A stretch of DNA of 32,000 nt, from positions 600,001-632,000 of the forward strand of contig NC_010628.1 in the NCBI RefSeq assembly GCF_000020025.1. The letters run 5' to 3'. The notes under the pieces are model-generated. The model saw nothing but the letters and a program-made list of their open reading frames with translations. It had not been told where the DNA came from and did not search any database. The DNA is from Nostoc punctiforme PCC 73102 (GTDB lineage: Bacteria > Cyanobacteriota > Cyanobacteriia > Cyanobacteriales > Nostocaceae). The translations under genes and the position numbers were made by a program. Shown in pieces: positions 9,280-19,083 of the stretch; positions within the stretch are counted from its first letter, which is position 1; every line of letters starts with the position of its first letter.

Positions 9280-9684
9280 ATTTTTCAAAAGGTAATAAAT
9301 GGCACGGACTTGAGGGCCAAAAACGATCTCGTCTTCATTTCTGAGATCGTGGTTTGGGATTTTACGTCCATTAATCATCAAACCGTTGGAACTAGCCTTA
9401 CCTTTGGCATCGCCATCTACAATCCGGTAATAGTAGCTATGACTATTATGCTCTCGTGGCAATCTGACTAATGTGGCATGGCGGCGGGAGACAAACTGAG
9501 ACATCAAACGGATATTACACTCGCGGTCTCTACCGATAGAGTAGACGGGTTGCTCCAAAGAAAATTCTTTGCGACCTTGATCGTCTTCAATAATCAGTAG
9601 ATGGTTTTCATTAGTTTCTGCTGCCATTGACAAATCGGTGGAACTGTGATTTAACAAGATTTGTTTCGTATCGTATTTTGCCAT
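9280..9684 (-). pseudogene. 5' part of the IS-interrupted FHA-domain gene
   Basis: MAKYDTKQ...LLIIEDDQGRKEFSLEQPVYSIGRDRECNIRLMSQFVSRRHATLVRL...YRIVDGDAKGKASSNGLMINGRKIPNHDLRNEDEIVFGPQVRAIYYLLKN is a canonical FHA core (GR...S..HA...SxNG..vNg). The last 22 aa of the track ORF (9211-9279) are read from IS sequence. Confidence 0.8.
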
Positions 9685-10009
9685 TTTCGGGCACCGTTAG
9701 TCTGTGGTGCTGATCTAAATAAGCTTTAAAATTGCATAATACCTTGAAAGAGTAGAGCTTGGTCGTTCTACTCCAGTAGCTATGATAGCTTTTGTAGGTG
9801 TCTTAACAGGCTTTGCGATCTGCGTAAAACCTGAATCTCGGCTCAGTGTAACAAATAATTACGAATTCGTAATGACGTTTTTTACAAGAAGCAAGCTATG
9901 CACAGCGTATCGTAGAGAACGTCATTAGTAATTACGAATTAAAAATTGTTAAGTTGAGATGGGAATGACTAAGATTTGTTATGGAAAATTTTAGGTTCAA
10001 CAAAGTATT

Positions 10010-12436
10010 CTACGAGTGACGAGCTAATCGTCTTAATAATATTGAGTTTGTGACGACGCTAACAGAGCTAAAAGCCATTAATGCAGCAGCGCCAGATGGG
10101 TTAAGGACAAAACCCAGACTAGGGAACAAAACACCTGCTGCTAAAGGAATGCCAACTGTATTATATGCAAAAGCCCAGAATAAATTTTGGCGGATTTTGT
10201 TGAAGGTGGCGCGACTAAGCTGAATAGATTCGACTACATCGTTTAAGCGATCACGCATTAAGACAATTTCAGCAGTTTCCATTGCCACATCTGTCCCGGA
10301 GTGCAAAGCAATTCCTACATCTGCTTGAGATAAAGCTGGAGCATCATTGATTCCATCTCCTACCATTGCGACTACTGAGTGCTGAGTGAGGAGTGAGGAG
10401 TTAGGAGTTCCTTTTGTCCCTGCTTGTTGTAAATTCTTGATTGCAGCTGCTTTTTTCGCTGGGGGAACACCTGCTATGACATCAGCACTATCTAATCCTA
10501 GTTGTTTGGCTATGGCGCTAGCTGCTTCTAGGCGATCGCCACTGAGCAACATTACCCGTAATCCCATCTGACGCAATTTGTCTACAGTGGATTGGGCATC
10601 TGGTCTAAGGGTATCAGAAACAGCAATTAATCCGGCTAGAGTTCCCCCAACTGCTACACAAACGACTGTTTTACCATCTGTTGCCAAATCCTGTGCTACC
10701 TGTTGTGCAGTTTCACTAATTGAAATACCGTGCCAACTCAACCAATCCCAGTTACCCAACAGTACAACTGTGTCCTCTACCACAGCAGACACTCCTAATC
10801 CTGGTTCCGTGTGAAAGTCCACAGCTTCTGGAATAGATAACTTTTGTCTCTGTGCTTCTTGCTGAATCGCTTTTGCTAGAGGGTGGTGAGTACCACTTTC
10901 TACGGCTGTTGCTAGTTGGATTAGAGAGTAGGGATTCCCACTTCCCGTTTCTGAAATTAACAAGCAATCGGTCACGATGGGATGACCCGTGGTCAGAGTA
11001 CCAGTTTTATCAAATACTACAGTGTCTAACTGGTGTACTTTTTCTAAAACGTCGCCGCCTTTGATTAACAAACCCCGTTCTGCGCCCATAGCAGTCCCAA
11101 CAAGAATAGCTGTTGGGGTAGCAAGTCCTAAAGCACAGGGACAGGCAACTACCATAACTGCGATCGCTAGTTTTAAACTAATTAATAAAGGGGAGCGGGG
11201 AGCTTGATGTATAGCGTGGCTCATCATCTCCATCTCACCAGACATGGCGATATCAGTCCAAAGATGAGTGTCGAAAAAGTACCAAAAGACAAATGTTAAT
11301 AAAGATGCTGTTAACACCCCGTATGTGAAGTAACCAGCTACTGTATCGGCTAACTTTTGTACTGGGGCTTTCCGAGTTTGGGCGGCTTCTACTAAAGCAA
11401 CAATTTGAGCTAGAGTTGTATCACTTCCAGTCCGGGTTGTCTGAATAGCGATCGCTCCTGACTGGTTTAGTGTACCGCCTGTCACCGAATCTCCCGGTTG
11501 CTTAATTACTGGCACGGCTTCCCCAGTCAACATGGATTCATCGACTGTTGTTTGACCAAGCACCACTTCACCATCTACAGGAATTTTATCGCCTGGCAGC
11601 ACCTGTAACCATTCACCAACCCGCACCTGTTCGGCAGGAATCTCTACACTAGAAGATCCCACTCCTCCTTTTTCTGGGTTGGCAATCAATCGCGCTACCT
11701 GTGGCTGAAGTGCTAGCAATTTCCTAAATGCAGCAGCAGCGCGACCTCTAGCTTGTTGCTCTAATGTTCTTCCTAAAAGAATAAAGCCCAGCATCATTAC
11801 TGGTTCGTCAAAGAAGCACTCCCAACCCATTTGGGGAAAGAGCAGCGCTACTAAACTAGCAATGTAGGCTGTCAGCGTTCCCAATCCTATCAGGGTGTTC
11901 ATGTTAGGCGCATTTCGCCGCCAGCCTAGCCAGCCATCTACTAAAATCGGGCGACCGGGAATTAATAACGCCACTGTAGCCAATCCACAGTGAAACCAGA
12001 TGTTATTTAACAGTGGCAGCACCGAGCTACCAAGATTACCAAAATGTCCACTTCCCGACAATAACAGCAACATTGCAGCGATCGCCAACTGCCTAACAGA
12101 AGACCGCATTTCTCGGCGTTGTCGTTCTGCTGGATCTGGTAAGGTAGATATTTCGCCTGCTACTGTGGCCCTAGCTTTTCGGGGTTGAGTTGGAAATCCA
12201 ACGGCTGTTAATCGCTGTGCCAGTGCATCTGCATCTACCGCACCAGTTTCTGACTCTACAACTGCTACCTCTGTCGCCAGGTTCACACAGGCACTCTTGA
12301 CTCCTGGATGTTGGGTTAGCTGTCGTTCTACCGCGTTCACACACCCAGCACACTTCATGCCCCCAACATCAAGAATAATTTTCTCTAAAATTGGGCCAAG
12401 TTCTGGGGCTAGCTTAGTTTTTGGGACAAGTTGCAT
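10010..12436 (-). CDS. copper(I)-translocating P1B-type ATPase (CtaA/PacS/CopA-like), 808 aa
   Basis: It has an N-terminal HMA domain (GMKCAGC), the TM6 motif CPC ([12 protein letters not shown]), the phosphorylation site DKTGTLT and the hinge [10 protein letters not shown]. The YN (FAYNTVGIP) and M-x2-SS (MAFSSVSV) motifs are diagnostic of the Cu+ subgroup. Confidence 0.92.
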   Translation of the reverse strand: MQLVPKTKLAPELGPILEKIILDVGGMKCAGCVNAVERQLTQHPGVKSACVNLATEVAVVESETGAVDADALAQRLTAVGFPTQPRKARATVAGEISTLPDPAERQRREMRSSVRQLAIAAMLLLLSGSGHFGNLGSSVLPLLNNIWFHCGLATVALLIPGRPILVDGWLGWRRNAPNMNTLIGLGTLTAYIASLVALLFPQMGWECFFDEPVMMLGFILLGRTLEQQARGRAAAAFRKLLALQPQVARLIANPEKGGVGSSSVEIPAEQVRVGEWLQVLPGDKIPVDGEVVLGQTTVDESMLTGEAVPVIKQPGDSVTGGTLNQSGAIAIQTTRTGSDTTLAQIVALVEAAQTRKAPVQKLADTVAGYFTYGVLTASLLTFVFWYFFDTHLWTDIAMSGEMEMMSHAIHQAPRSPLLISLKLAIAVMVVACPCALGLATPTAILVGTAMGAERGLLIKGGDVLEKVHQLDTVVFDKTGTLTTGHPIVTDCLLISETGSGNPYSLIQLATAVESGTHHPLAKAIQQEAQRQKLSIPEAVDFHTEPGLGVSAVVEDTVVLLGNWDWLSWHGISISETAQQVAQDLATDGKTVVCVAVGGTLAGLIAVSDTLRPDAQSTVDKLRQMGLRVMLLSGDRLEAASAIAKQLGLDSADVIAGVPPAKKAAAIKNLQQAGTKGTPNSSLLTQHSVVAMVGDGINDAPALSQADVGIALHSGTDVAMETAEIVLMRDRLNDVVESIQLSRATFNKIRQNLFWAFAYNTVGIPLAAGVLFPSLGFVLNPSGAAALMAFSSVSVVTNSILLRRLARHS
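10375..10409. repeat. five tandem heptamers embedded in the ATPase coding sequence
   Basis: On the plus strand: CTGAGTG CTGAGTG AGGAGTG AGGAGTT AGGAGTT. On the coding strand these encode ...[11 protein letters not shown]..., immediately N-terminal to [14 protein letters not shown]. Confidence 0.75.
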
Positions 12437-12570
12437 GGCAAGTGTTTAGATTCGCTACAGAAATTCAACGCCTGACTAAAAGCGTCTCTAATTTGAGCGT
12501 AGGCTAAATATGGAACTACGACTGTATGTCAACCCTATTAAATTTATTAATTTATCGTACTTCCTAAGGG

Positions 12571-12765
12571 TCATTGACGACTCCAGCGTAGATAAGTCAC
12601 ATAAATGATAGCTGCAACCTGCATTGGCATCAGGACAATCAGGCTTTTCCAAAAATTGTAAATTTCTAAATTAGACATGGCGCTGAAATAGCCAAAGCCC
12701 AACAACAAGAAGAGTATCCAGATGAGCTGTTTACGTTTGATGGTTAGCATAGCAGTATGATTCAT
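12571..12765 (-). CDS. small two-helix membrane protein (64 aa), hypothetical
   Basis: It has two hydrophobic segments (LIWILFLLLGFGYF and VLMPMQVAAIIYV). It has the same orientation as the DUF2752 gene and lies just downstream of it. Support is weak. Confidence 0.35.
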   Translation of the reverse strand: MNHTAMLTIKRKQLIWILFLLLGFGYFSAMSNLEIYNFWKSLIVLMPMQVAAIIYVTYLRWSRQ

Positions 12766-12839
12766 AATTTTTTAACAAAAATCTCTAGTTATACCTATAA
12801 ATCTGTAGAGAATACACAATAGCTTTCATGAATAGCTAC

Positions 12840-13211
12840 TCAAGAAAAAAGTTTACCCAAGGGTGAGTTAATAAAATAAGAATACATTTCTCCTGTCTGT
12901 GATAGTTTATACAGGAGGAGAAAATAGTAAATCAAAAGTATAAATAACCCTATTATCTGTAATTTTCTTTGTTTTACTGGATGACAATAAAATGCTGTAA
13001 TTCGGCTTTTTGTGACTAGTTTCAGAGTAATATGAACTGCCACAATCACAAAACTGGCAAATAAAAGTGGATCGAATAAATTTTCTGCCAGTGCTTCAAG
13101 CAAATTGCCTTGGGCAATAGCCATAAAGGAGCGAGTCATCCCACAATTTGAACATGGAATTCCAGTCAAATGCTGGATTGGACAAACTAAGAATCTTATT
13201 CTATAACCCAA
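12840..13211 (-). CDS. DUF2752-family membrane protein (123 aa)
   Basis: The N-terminal motif CPIQHLTGIPCSNCGMTRSF matches the CP-x5-G-x-PC-x-x-CG-x-TR signature of DUF2752. Hydrophobic helices follow. Confidence 0.7.
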   Translation of the reverse strand: MGYRIRFLVCPIQHLTGIPCSNCGMTRSFMAIAQGNLLEALAENLFDPLLFASFVIVAVHITLKLVTKSRITAFYCHPVKQRKLQIIGLFILLIYYFLLLYKLSQTGEMYSYFINSPLGKLFS

Positions 13212-13970
13212 TACGTTTGGGTTAAGCGCTACTTCTACAAAATCGTGGGTTTTAAGACGCGATAAATCGCCGTCTCTACAAGTATTTTGGTCTTATCTGA
13301 ACTGTATTGCTCTATAACCTTGGTGATAAAAATAAGTACCAATTAGGGGTTACAGGAGAATCCTACTAAACCCCAGCAAACTAATTTCCCTTGGTTTGGT
13401 GCGGCTCGTTCTAACTAGGAGCCTCTAGTGACTAGAGGGGTATGAGTTAGGTGGATTCGCAGGCGATTAAAGCCTGAAAATCTATAACTGTTTTTAGATG
13501 TAGGTGCAAACCCTACCCTTCAGAGGTGAAGTGACTCCCTACCTGGGCACACCGAGCGGGCGACATCCCAGCAGAGTGAAGCTGCCAGCAGGACGCAATC
13601 AGTTGTAAAACAAGCAGGTAACAACACTGGCGTTAAGGGGGAGGTAGCATGAGTAAAATAAGTCCTAGAAAAGCGTCTTACGGGAATGGCTACATCCTGA
13701 ACTAAAAAATGTAGACCACGGCTCATAAAATCTCGCGGTAGTATCGTACCTCTAACCGCAATCCTCCGAGATAGAGTCAGGCGAATTGGACTGCTCTAAA
13801 CTACCACAACAATCTAAGCTACGGAACGAGTAAAAACGTCACATTGGTCTGAGGCATTATTTTAATCGTCGAAAACCTCAGTAGGTTATGTCAAACGGAA
13901 TTCCAAGTGACGGGTAAGATGTCAGCAAAACTGCTGACGGGTGTTCAGAGTACATTCAACCGAGTAAACC

Positions 13971-15567
13971 ATGATTAGGCACAGTTCTTATTTAACTAGT
14001 GAATCTTGGAATAAGTTTCCCTGGAAGAAAATCCAGAAAAACGTATTCCGGTTACAAAGAAGAATATACAAAGCCATGAAAGAGGGCAATCTGGTAAAAG
14101 CCAAATCTCTTCAAAAGCTAATTCTGAAGTCCACCTCAGCGAAACTGTTGGCTATCCGTCAAGTTACCCAACTTAATAGGGGAAAACGAACGGCAGGTAT
14201 AGACGGCAAAAAGCACTGACACAAACCGAAAGAATGCAACTGCTGCAATTACTGCAACACGGAGCATTTGAATGGAAACACCAGGGATTGAAAGAAATCC
14301 CTATTCCTAAAAAAATGGGAAGGTGAGAATACTTAAAGTGCCAACTATATCTGATAGGGCATGGCAGTGTTTAGCAAAACTAGCACTCGAACCAGCCCAT
14401 GAAGCGACCTTCAATGAAAGGAGCTATGGTTTTCGACCCGGCAGGAGTGCAAAAGACGCTCAACAATATATCAGGATTAATCTCAGAAGTTCTTGCAACG
14501 GTAAGGATAAAAGAGTTATCGAACTTGATATTAAGAAGTGTTTTGACCGCATCTCCCACAAGGCAATCATGGATAGGCTCATCGCACCCCAAGCGCTAAA
14601 ACTCGGTATATTCCGATGCCTAAAAGCAGGAATATCACTCAAATTTCCTGAACAAGGAACACCGCAAGGTGGTGTGGTCAGTCCGCTTCTAGCCAACATT
14701 GCGCTCAATGGAATCGAAGATGTCAATAAGAGCTATCGACGCGGTTATGCCGTCCGATACGCCGATGACATGATTATTTTCCTACAACCCCAGGATGACG
14801 CTAGCAAATTCATCAAGAACATTGAGGAATTTTTAGCCGAACGCGGCATGGAAATTAGCCCAGAAAAGACAAAGGTTACACCAGCGACCGACGGGTTTGA
14901 CTTCCTTGGATGGAACTTCAAGGTTCAGAGAAGCGGCAAGTTTGTCTGTACTCCCTCAGTGGAGAACTACACAGCATTCCGCAAGAAAGTCAAAAGTATT
15001 GCTAATACTTCTCATTATGGTGCGGAAACAAAAGCGCAAAAAATAGCTCCCATCGTCAGGGGGTGGCGGAACTACCATGACAGATGCAATATGGACAGCA
15101 CCAAAGATTCACTTTGGTTCTTGAACCACGCAACTTTCAAGAAGTTTCTAGCCGAAAAGAAGATGACCAAATATAGGGCTGAAGCTCTCGTTAAGAAAGC
15201 CTTTCCTAGCGTCTCTTGGACAGAGGGCAAGTTCGTATGCGTTAAAGGGGGTAAGTCGCCATTTGACGATGATATCGCCTACTGGAGTAAGAGACAATGC
15301 AAACTATATTTTGGCGAAACGGCTACAGCGCTTAGAAAACAAAACCATATTTGTGGATATTGCGGGTTGAACTTCTTACCTGGTGATGATATTAACCTAC
15401 ACCATAAGGACGGAAACCATGACAACTGGAAAAAGAACAATCTTGTGGCTATACACATGCATTGCCACCAGTACATCCACTCAGGCACAGCGCAAGCTGA
15501 GAACATCCAGGAGCCGGATGTAGCGAAAGCTACACGTCCGGTTCTGAAGGAGAGGTGCGGGAGGTAA
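13971..15567 (+). pseudogene. group II intron reverse transcriptase/maturase with C-terminal HNH endonuclease, disrupted by two -1 frameshifts
   Basis: Frame 1 ends at ...NRGKRTAGIDGKKH*. Frame 2 reads KALTQTERMQLLQLLQHGAFEWKHQGLKEIPIPKK. Frame 3 reads (N)GKVRILKVPTISDRAWQCLAKLALEPAHEA...RYADDMIIF...RGWRNYH...CGYCG...HHKDGNHDNWKKNNLVAIHMHCHQYIH. The frame switches occur at an A5 run (14208-14212) and an A7 run (14309-14315). Confidence 0.85.
15511..15544 (+). ncRNA. group II intron domain V (catalytic hairpin)
   Basis: GAGCCGGATGTAGCGAAAGCTACACGTCCGGTTC is 34 nt, with the AGC triad, a GAAA tetraloop and the typical GAGCC/GGUUC base including a G-U pair. Confidence 0.85.
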
Positions 15568-15789
15568 TACTCCCCATCGACTCTAATACAAAGGATAAGG
15601 AGATAATTCAAACACCTACAGGGCTTATGTAAACAGTAGCTGAAACCCTTGTTTCCATGTAGACACAAAACGTTTTCCCCAGGGTATTGACCCTAGAACT
15701 TGTCGTTTTGCGTCAGTCCTAACTTATTCTAAAGATACACTTAAGATATATAAATTTACAGAGAAACCAAAATGGGAAATCTTAAGTTT

Positions 15790-16065
15790 TTAGAACCAGC
15801 CCTGCTTATTCACAAAGTAGGTATTTACAAATTCTTCAGGAGGCTTATTCAAATAGATCATGCCTTCGATTAAACCTACAAGTTGCATAATTAACAAGGC
15901 AATACCGTAGGTGAAAGAACCCGCAACTACAGAAACCACCAACATGATAAAGCCTTCTGGAGCGTATCCTAGAATAAATTTATGAACCCCAAATCCTCCA
16001 AGGATAATGCCACAGTAACCAGCTAGAAGTTGTTTGGTAGGGTGACTGGGGTTGAGATTTGACAT
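15790..16065 (-). CDS. TM2-domain membrane protein (91 aa)
   Basis: MSNLNPSHPTKQLLAGYCGIILGGFGVHKFILGYAPEGFIMLVV... carries the TM2 signature GGFGvHkFyLG. I prefer the internal ATG at 16065 because the 40-codon upstream extension of the track ORF is AT-rich and of low complexity. Confidence 0.7.
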   Translation of the reverse strand: MSNLNPSHPTKQLLAGYCGIILGGFGVHKFILGYAPEGFIMLVVSVVAGSFTYGIALLIMQLVGLIEGMIYLNKPPEEFVNTYFVNKQGWF

Positions 16066-16670
16066 ATTAAATGCTGCTCCTTGATAAGTAAGATATAAAA
16101 ATAAAGTCTTTATTGTAATCAAAGCAAATACATTTACTTGCTTAATAAATACATTTTTAATTTTTTCAGTACAAGTAAGCCCCAAAATGACTAAAATCAG
16201 CGTGCTTCTATTTTAGAGGAGACGCTAAAATGTCTTGCGGCATAGCTTGAAAATCTGGCGCTCCTTAATAAATTTTGGTTTGGTGGATTGGATGACTGCA
16301 AACTCTGTTGCAGAAGTTTTGCAGCTTTTCAAGTAAGACATTTGGTCTTGAGAAGAATAAATCTCAATAATCCTCAAAAACTGCTATACCACTTTTTACA
16401 AGTCCATCAGTATTATTTCCGGGTTTTTTATGATCGCTTCCACTGGTAGTAAAACGCCATTGCACCAATGACAAAATTCAGTTATTGGCTAAAATCACCC
16501 GGATAAGAATAAATGCTTAACTAGATATTTGGTTGTCTATGTTAACAGCATTATCTGAATTGGCTTTTCAGCTAGTATTTATGCTTGGAGCCAATTATAA
16601 CCAGTAAATTGTTCTTACATAAGGAGATAAAATCAGATATTTACATTTTTGACAACAGTACGCTTAAGTA

Positions 16671-18245
16671 TTAATTACTACCTAAAACAAATAGGCTTAA
16701 TAATGTACCACTATTCCAAAGGCTGTGTAGGAGCATAGGAGCAAGGAGGTTGCGCGATCGCGTGTAAACTACCCCTAAAACGATCCCCAATGCTGTCAGG
16801 GGAAGAATTTCCGATAAGCTGAGGTGAGCGATCGCAAATAACAGACTACTGATTATAATCGATCCCCATACGGGTAAGTAACGAGTTAGAGAAGGTAGCA
16901 AAAAGCCACGAAACAGAATTTCTTCGAAAAAAGGAGCAGCGATCGCTGCTGTAAAGAAGAATATACCAAGTGCTACCCCATCTTGGCTTTCTAAGGCCAG
17001 TTGCAGCAGGGGGTTACTACCACCCTGCCCTTGCCATAGCTGTTGATTGATTAAAGATACCATCACAACTATAGGCAAAGCCGTACAATAGCCGCCCAGT
17101 CCCCACAGAAACCAGTTATTTTGAAAACGGAAGCGGAACCAAAATTCTGGTAGCGGAAAAAATGGCTTGAGAGAGAAATACAGCACTAACAGCGCACCTA
17201 ATGCTACCAATAGGTAACTAACCAAAACAGAAAATGCCTGAAGTCGCACATCAACAATAGGGCGCGGAATGGGTAGGACCGATATCACCAAGGGCACAAA
17301 AATTTGCCCCATAAAGAAAAAGCCTACAATAAAAACCTGCAAAACCGTTTCACCATCCCAAGGCGTTGACCAAGGAATATCAGCATTTTGAGCTAGTAAC
17401 GAGGCTTTTCCTTTCAACAAGCGTTGAGCAAATAATAAAATCAGCAATATTAGACCAATTAAAGCCGCCAAGGTAGGAATAGTACCAATAACCGCTAATT
17501 TCAACACCGCTTGAGCAGCAGTTTCTTTTTGTGCAGCTTTTACTGCTAATAAAGCTTCTTGTCGTTGTTGGAGTTGGTATAGCTGAACCAAAGCAGTAGA
17601 GCGAAACCAACCTTCTAGATTCTTTTGAATCCGTTCTTGAGCATTTTGGAGCAGACGGGGAGGATTGCTCCACAGTCCACTCAATACAGCTGCGGTTTCT
17701 CCAAACTCTGGATTGACATCTGAGCGCTCTTGTAATTCACTCCAAGTTTTCAGGGCTGTATCCGTCTGTCCTTGCTGTGCTTGTAAAATTCCCAGGCGCA
17801 GGTCTAATTCAGCCAGTAATTTTTGTAATTGCTTTAGGGACTGCTGTAACTGTTGCTTTCCTTGTTTAGAGGTTTTAGTAGTCGGAGGAACTTCAGGTAG
17901 AGGTTTAGGAGGTATGGGAGTTATTTCAGATTGAGAGCGTAATTGTGCAAGCTTATTGTTAACTTTGTCCAAATTCGCTTGAACTGACTGACGTGCCTCC
18001 TGATATTGCTTTGTAGCGCTTTCTAGTGGTTGCTCACCAAGTATCGCTTCCCGAATCCCTTGAAGATTGTCATCACCGCTATCTTCTGATTGCCAAGCTT
18101 GGGCCTGCAAAGCAATATTGGTTTGGTACAGTTCCAGGCGACTTTGGAACTGGGGTTCTTGCCAACTACCGAATAAAGCCGAAACTGCCAACAGAACTGC
18201 TATCGGCGTTAGCACAAAAATTAAAACCAACCGCTTGAGTGTCAT
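16671..18245 (-). CDS. CPBP-family intramembrane glutamic endopeptidase (CAAX protease/Abi type) with a long N-terminal coiled-coil region, 524 aa
   Basis: The C-terminal motifs are FFEEILFRGFLLP (EExxxR), FAIAHL and LLHSLWN. These are preceded by multiple TM helices and a Q/L-rich periplasmic or cytoplasmic coiled-coil stretch. Confidence 0.85.
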   Translation of the reverse strand: MTLKRLVLIFVLTPIAVLLAVSALFGSWQEPQFQSRLELYQTNIALQAQAWQSEDSGDDNLQGIREAILGEQPLESATKQYQEARQSVQANLDKVNNKLAQLRSQSEITPIPPKPLPEVPPTTKTSKQGKQQLQQSLKQLQKLLAELDLRLGILQAQQGQTDTALKTWSELQERSDVNPEFGETAAVLSGLWSNPPRLLQNAQERIQKNLEGWFRSTALVQLYQLQQRQEALLAVKAAQKETAAQAVLKLAVIGTIPTLAALIGLILLILLFAQRLLKGKASLLAQNADIPWSTPWDGETVLQVFIVGFFFMGQIFVPLVISVLPIPRPIVDVRLQAFSVLVSYLLVALGALLVLYFSLKPFFPLPEFWFRFRFQNNWFLWGLGGYCTALPIVVMVSLINQQLWQGQGGSNPLLQLALESQDGVALGIFFFTAAIAAPFFEEILFRGFLLPSLTRYLPVWGSIIISSLLFAIAHLSLSEILPLTALGIVLGVVYTRSRNLLAPMLLHSLWNSGTLLSLFVLGSN

Positions 18246-18378
18246 CTATCCCCCTTTGACTAACCAGTGGAGAGCGCGTCCCCCTTGGGAATTATCGCAA
18301 GAAAAAGTCAGAGGTGGATAAATATCATCAATATAAAGGTTTTAAGTTTGGTATCGCTAAAGAAACTCCAGTCTTAAC

Positions 18379-18909
18379 TCAAGACTTTGAAATTCGATAC
18401 TGCTGGGCAATGTAATAAAACAAACGATAGTAATCTTGAAATTCTTGGCTTTTGCTTCGTCCCTGCCAACAGTATTTCACTTGATCCTGAGTGAGTGTCA
18501 GTGTCATAGAAGCTACTCTTTGATCAACTTCTACAACTAGCACCCCAGATACTCCTTGGGCGGTTTGAAAGTTGGGTTTGATATTTTTCACTGGCTCTTG
18601 CTCTGTAACAATCGAATTCAGTAACTGCTGACTTGCCCATCCTCGAATTTCCACCGTTTTGTTTTGGGGCGAAATAAAGGCAATTCCATCACCATTTGCT
18701 GGGCCTGCTGAAGAAGTCCAGTTACTCGGATATGGAAATTCAAAGCCATAACGAGAGTTGCTATAAGTTTTCCATGCGATCGCTCCAGCGTTAAAATCAT
18801 TTGCAGTACAACCCCAAATAATTACTAACAGGGCAATAAACGCGCTAACGCTGGCAGCAAACCGATAAATTCTTCGCCCCAAACTACAAATTTTATTAGC
18901 AGTAGCCAT
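18379..18909 (-). CDS. hypothetical membrane-anchored/secreted protein (176 aa)
   Basis: It has an N-terminal hydrophobic anchor (AASVSAFIALLVIIWGC), possibly a lipobox-like GC, followed by a soluble domain with no recognisable motif. Confidence 0.55.
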   Translation of the reverse strand: MATANKICSLGRRIYRFAASVSAFIALLVIIWGCTANDFNAGAIAWKTYSNSRYGFEFPYPSNWTSSAGPANGDGIAFISPQNKTVEIRGWASQQLLNSIVTEQEPVKNIKPNFQTAQGVSGVLVVEVDQRVASMTLTLTQDQVKYCWQGRSKSQEFQDYYRLFYYIAQQYRISKS

Positions 18910-19083
18910 TTACATTACACATTTTGCCAAAGTCACTGATTTTATAGAAATACCAGAAACTCAGATCAATACCTTGCACTGAAAGAGCGCTCATTAAAAA
19001 TTAAATATTCTTTCAGGATATTTACCATTCTCTTTTGGCTCCTCAGTAGAGAAGCTTATAAAGAGTGCTTTATCACACATTTT

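Larger units (their letters stand above)
13399..15587 (+). mobile_element. bacterial group II intron (about 2.19 kb) with an intron-encoded RT/maturase/HNH ORF; the 3' boundary is approximate
   Basis: The 5' end is GTGCGG at 13399. About 570 nt of ORF-free structured sequence precedes the IEP. Domain V is at 15511-15544. A domain VI-like helix spans 15551-15584 (GGGAG/CTCCC plus AGAG/CTCT) with an unpaired A at 15580, 7 nt before a terminal AT at 15586-15587. Confidence 0.8.

Noticed and set aside
9846-9864. A possible NtcA box, GTA-N-TAC (GTAACAAATAATTAC).
   Set aside because: The spacing is 9 nt rather than the canonical 8, and no properly placed -10 element follows.
10386-12353. Multiple 60-78-aa ORFs on both strands inside the ATPase gene. 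Similar nested ORFs occur inside 2712-4355, 6088-7008, 16671-18245, 20568-22079, 25284-26201 and 28509-30134.
   Set aside because: They are overlapping or antisense frames of long, confidently identified genes. They have no independent support.
13520-13726. A 68-aa minus-strand ORF.
   Set aside because: It lies inside the structured 5' ribozyme portion (domain I region) of the group II intron, antisense to it, with no coding-like features.
13971-15567. The RT ORF as a possible retron, DGR or other defence-type reverse transcriptase.
   Set aside because: It has maturase (RGWRNYH) and HNH domains. It also has the GTGCG 5' end and a canonical domain V/VI downstream. This identifies it as a group II intron IEP. 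No template/variable repeat pair or msr/msd-like structure was seen.
15790-16185. The 131-aa version of the TM2 ORF, and likewise the 5663 start of the small membrane protein.
   Set aside because: The upstream extensions are AT-rich or repeat-derived, whereas the internal ATGs give products matching the conserved domain.
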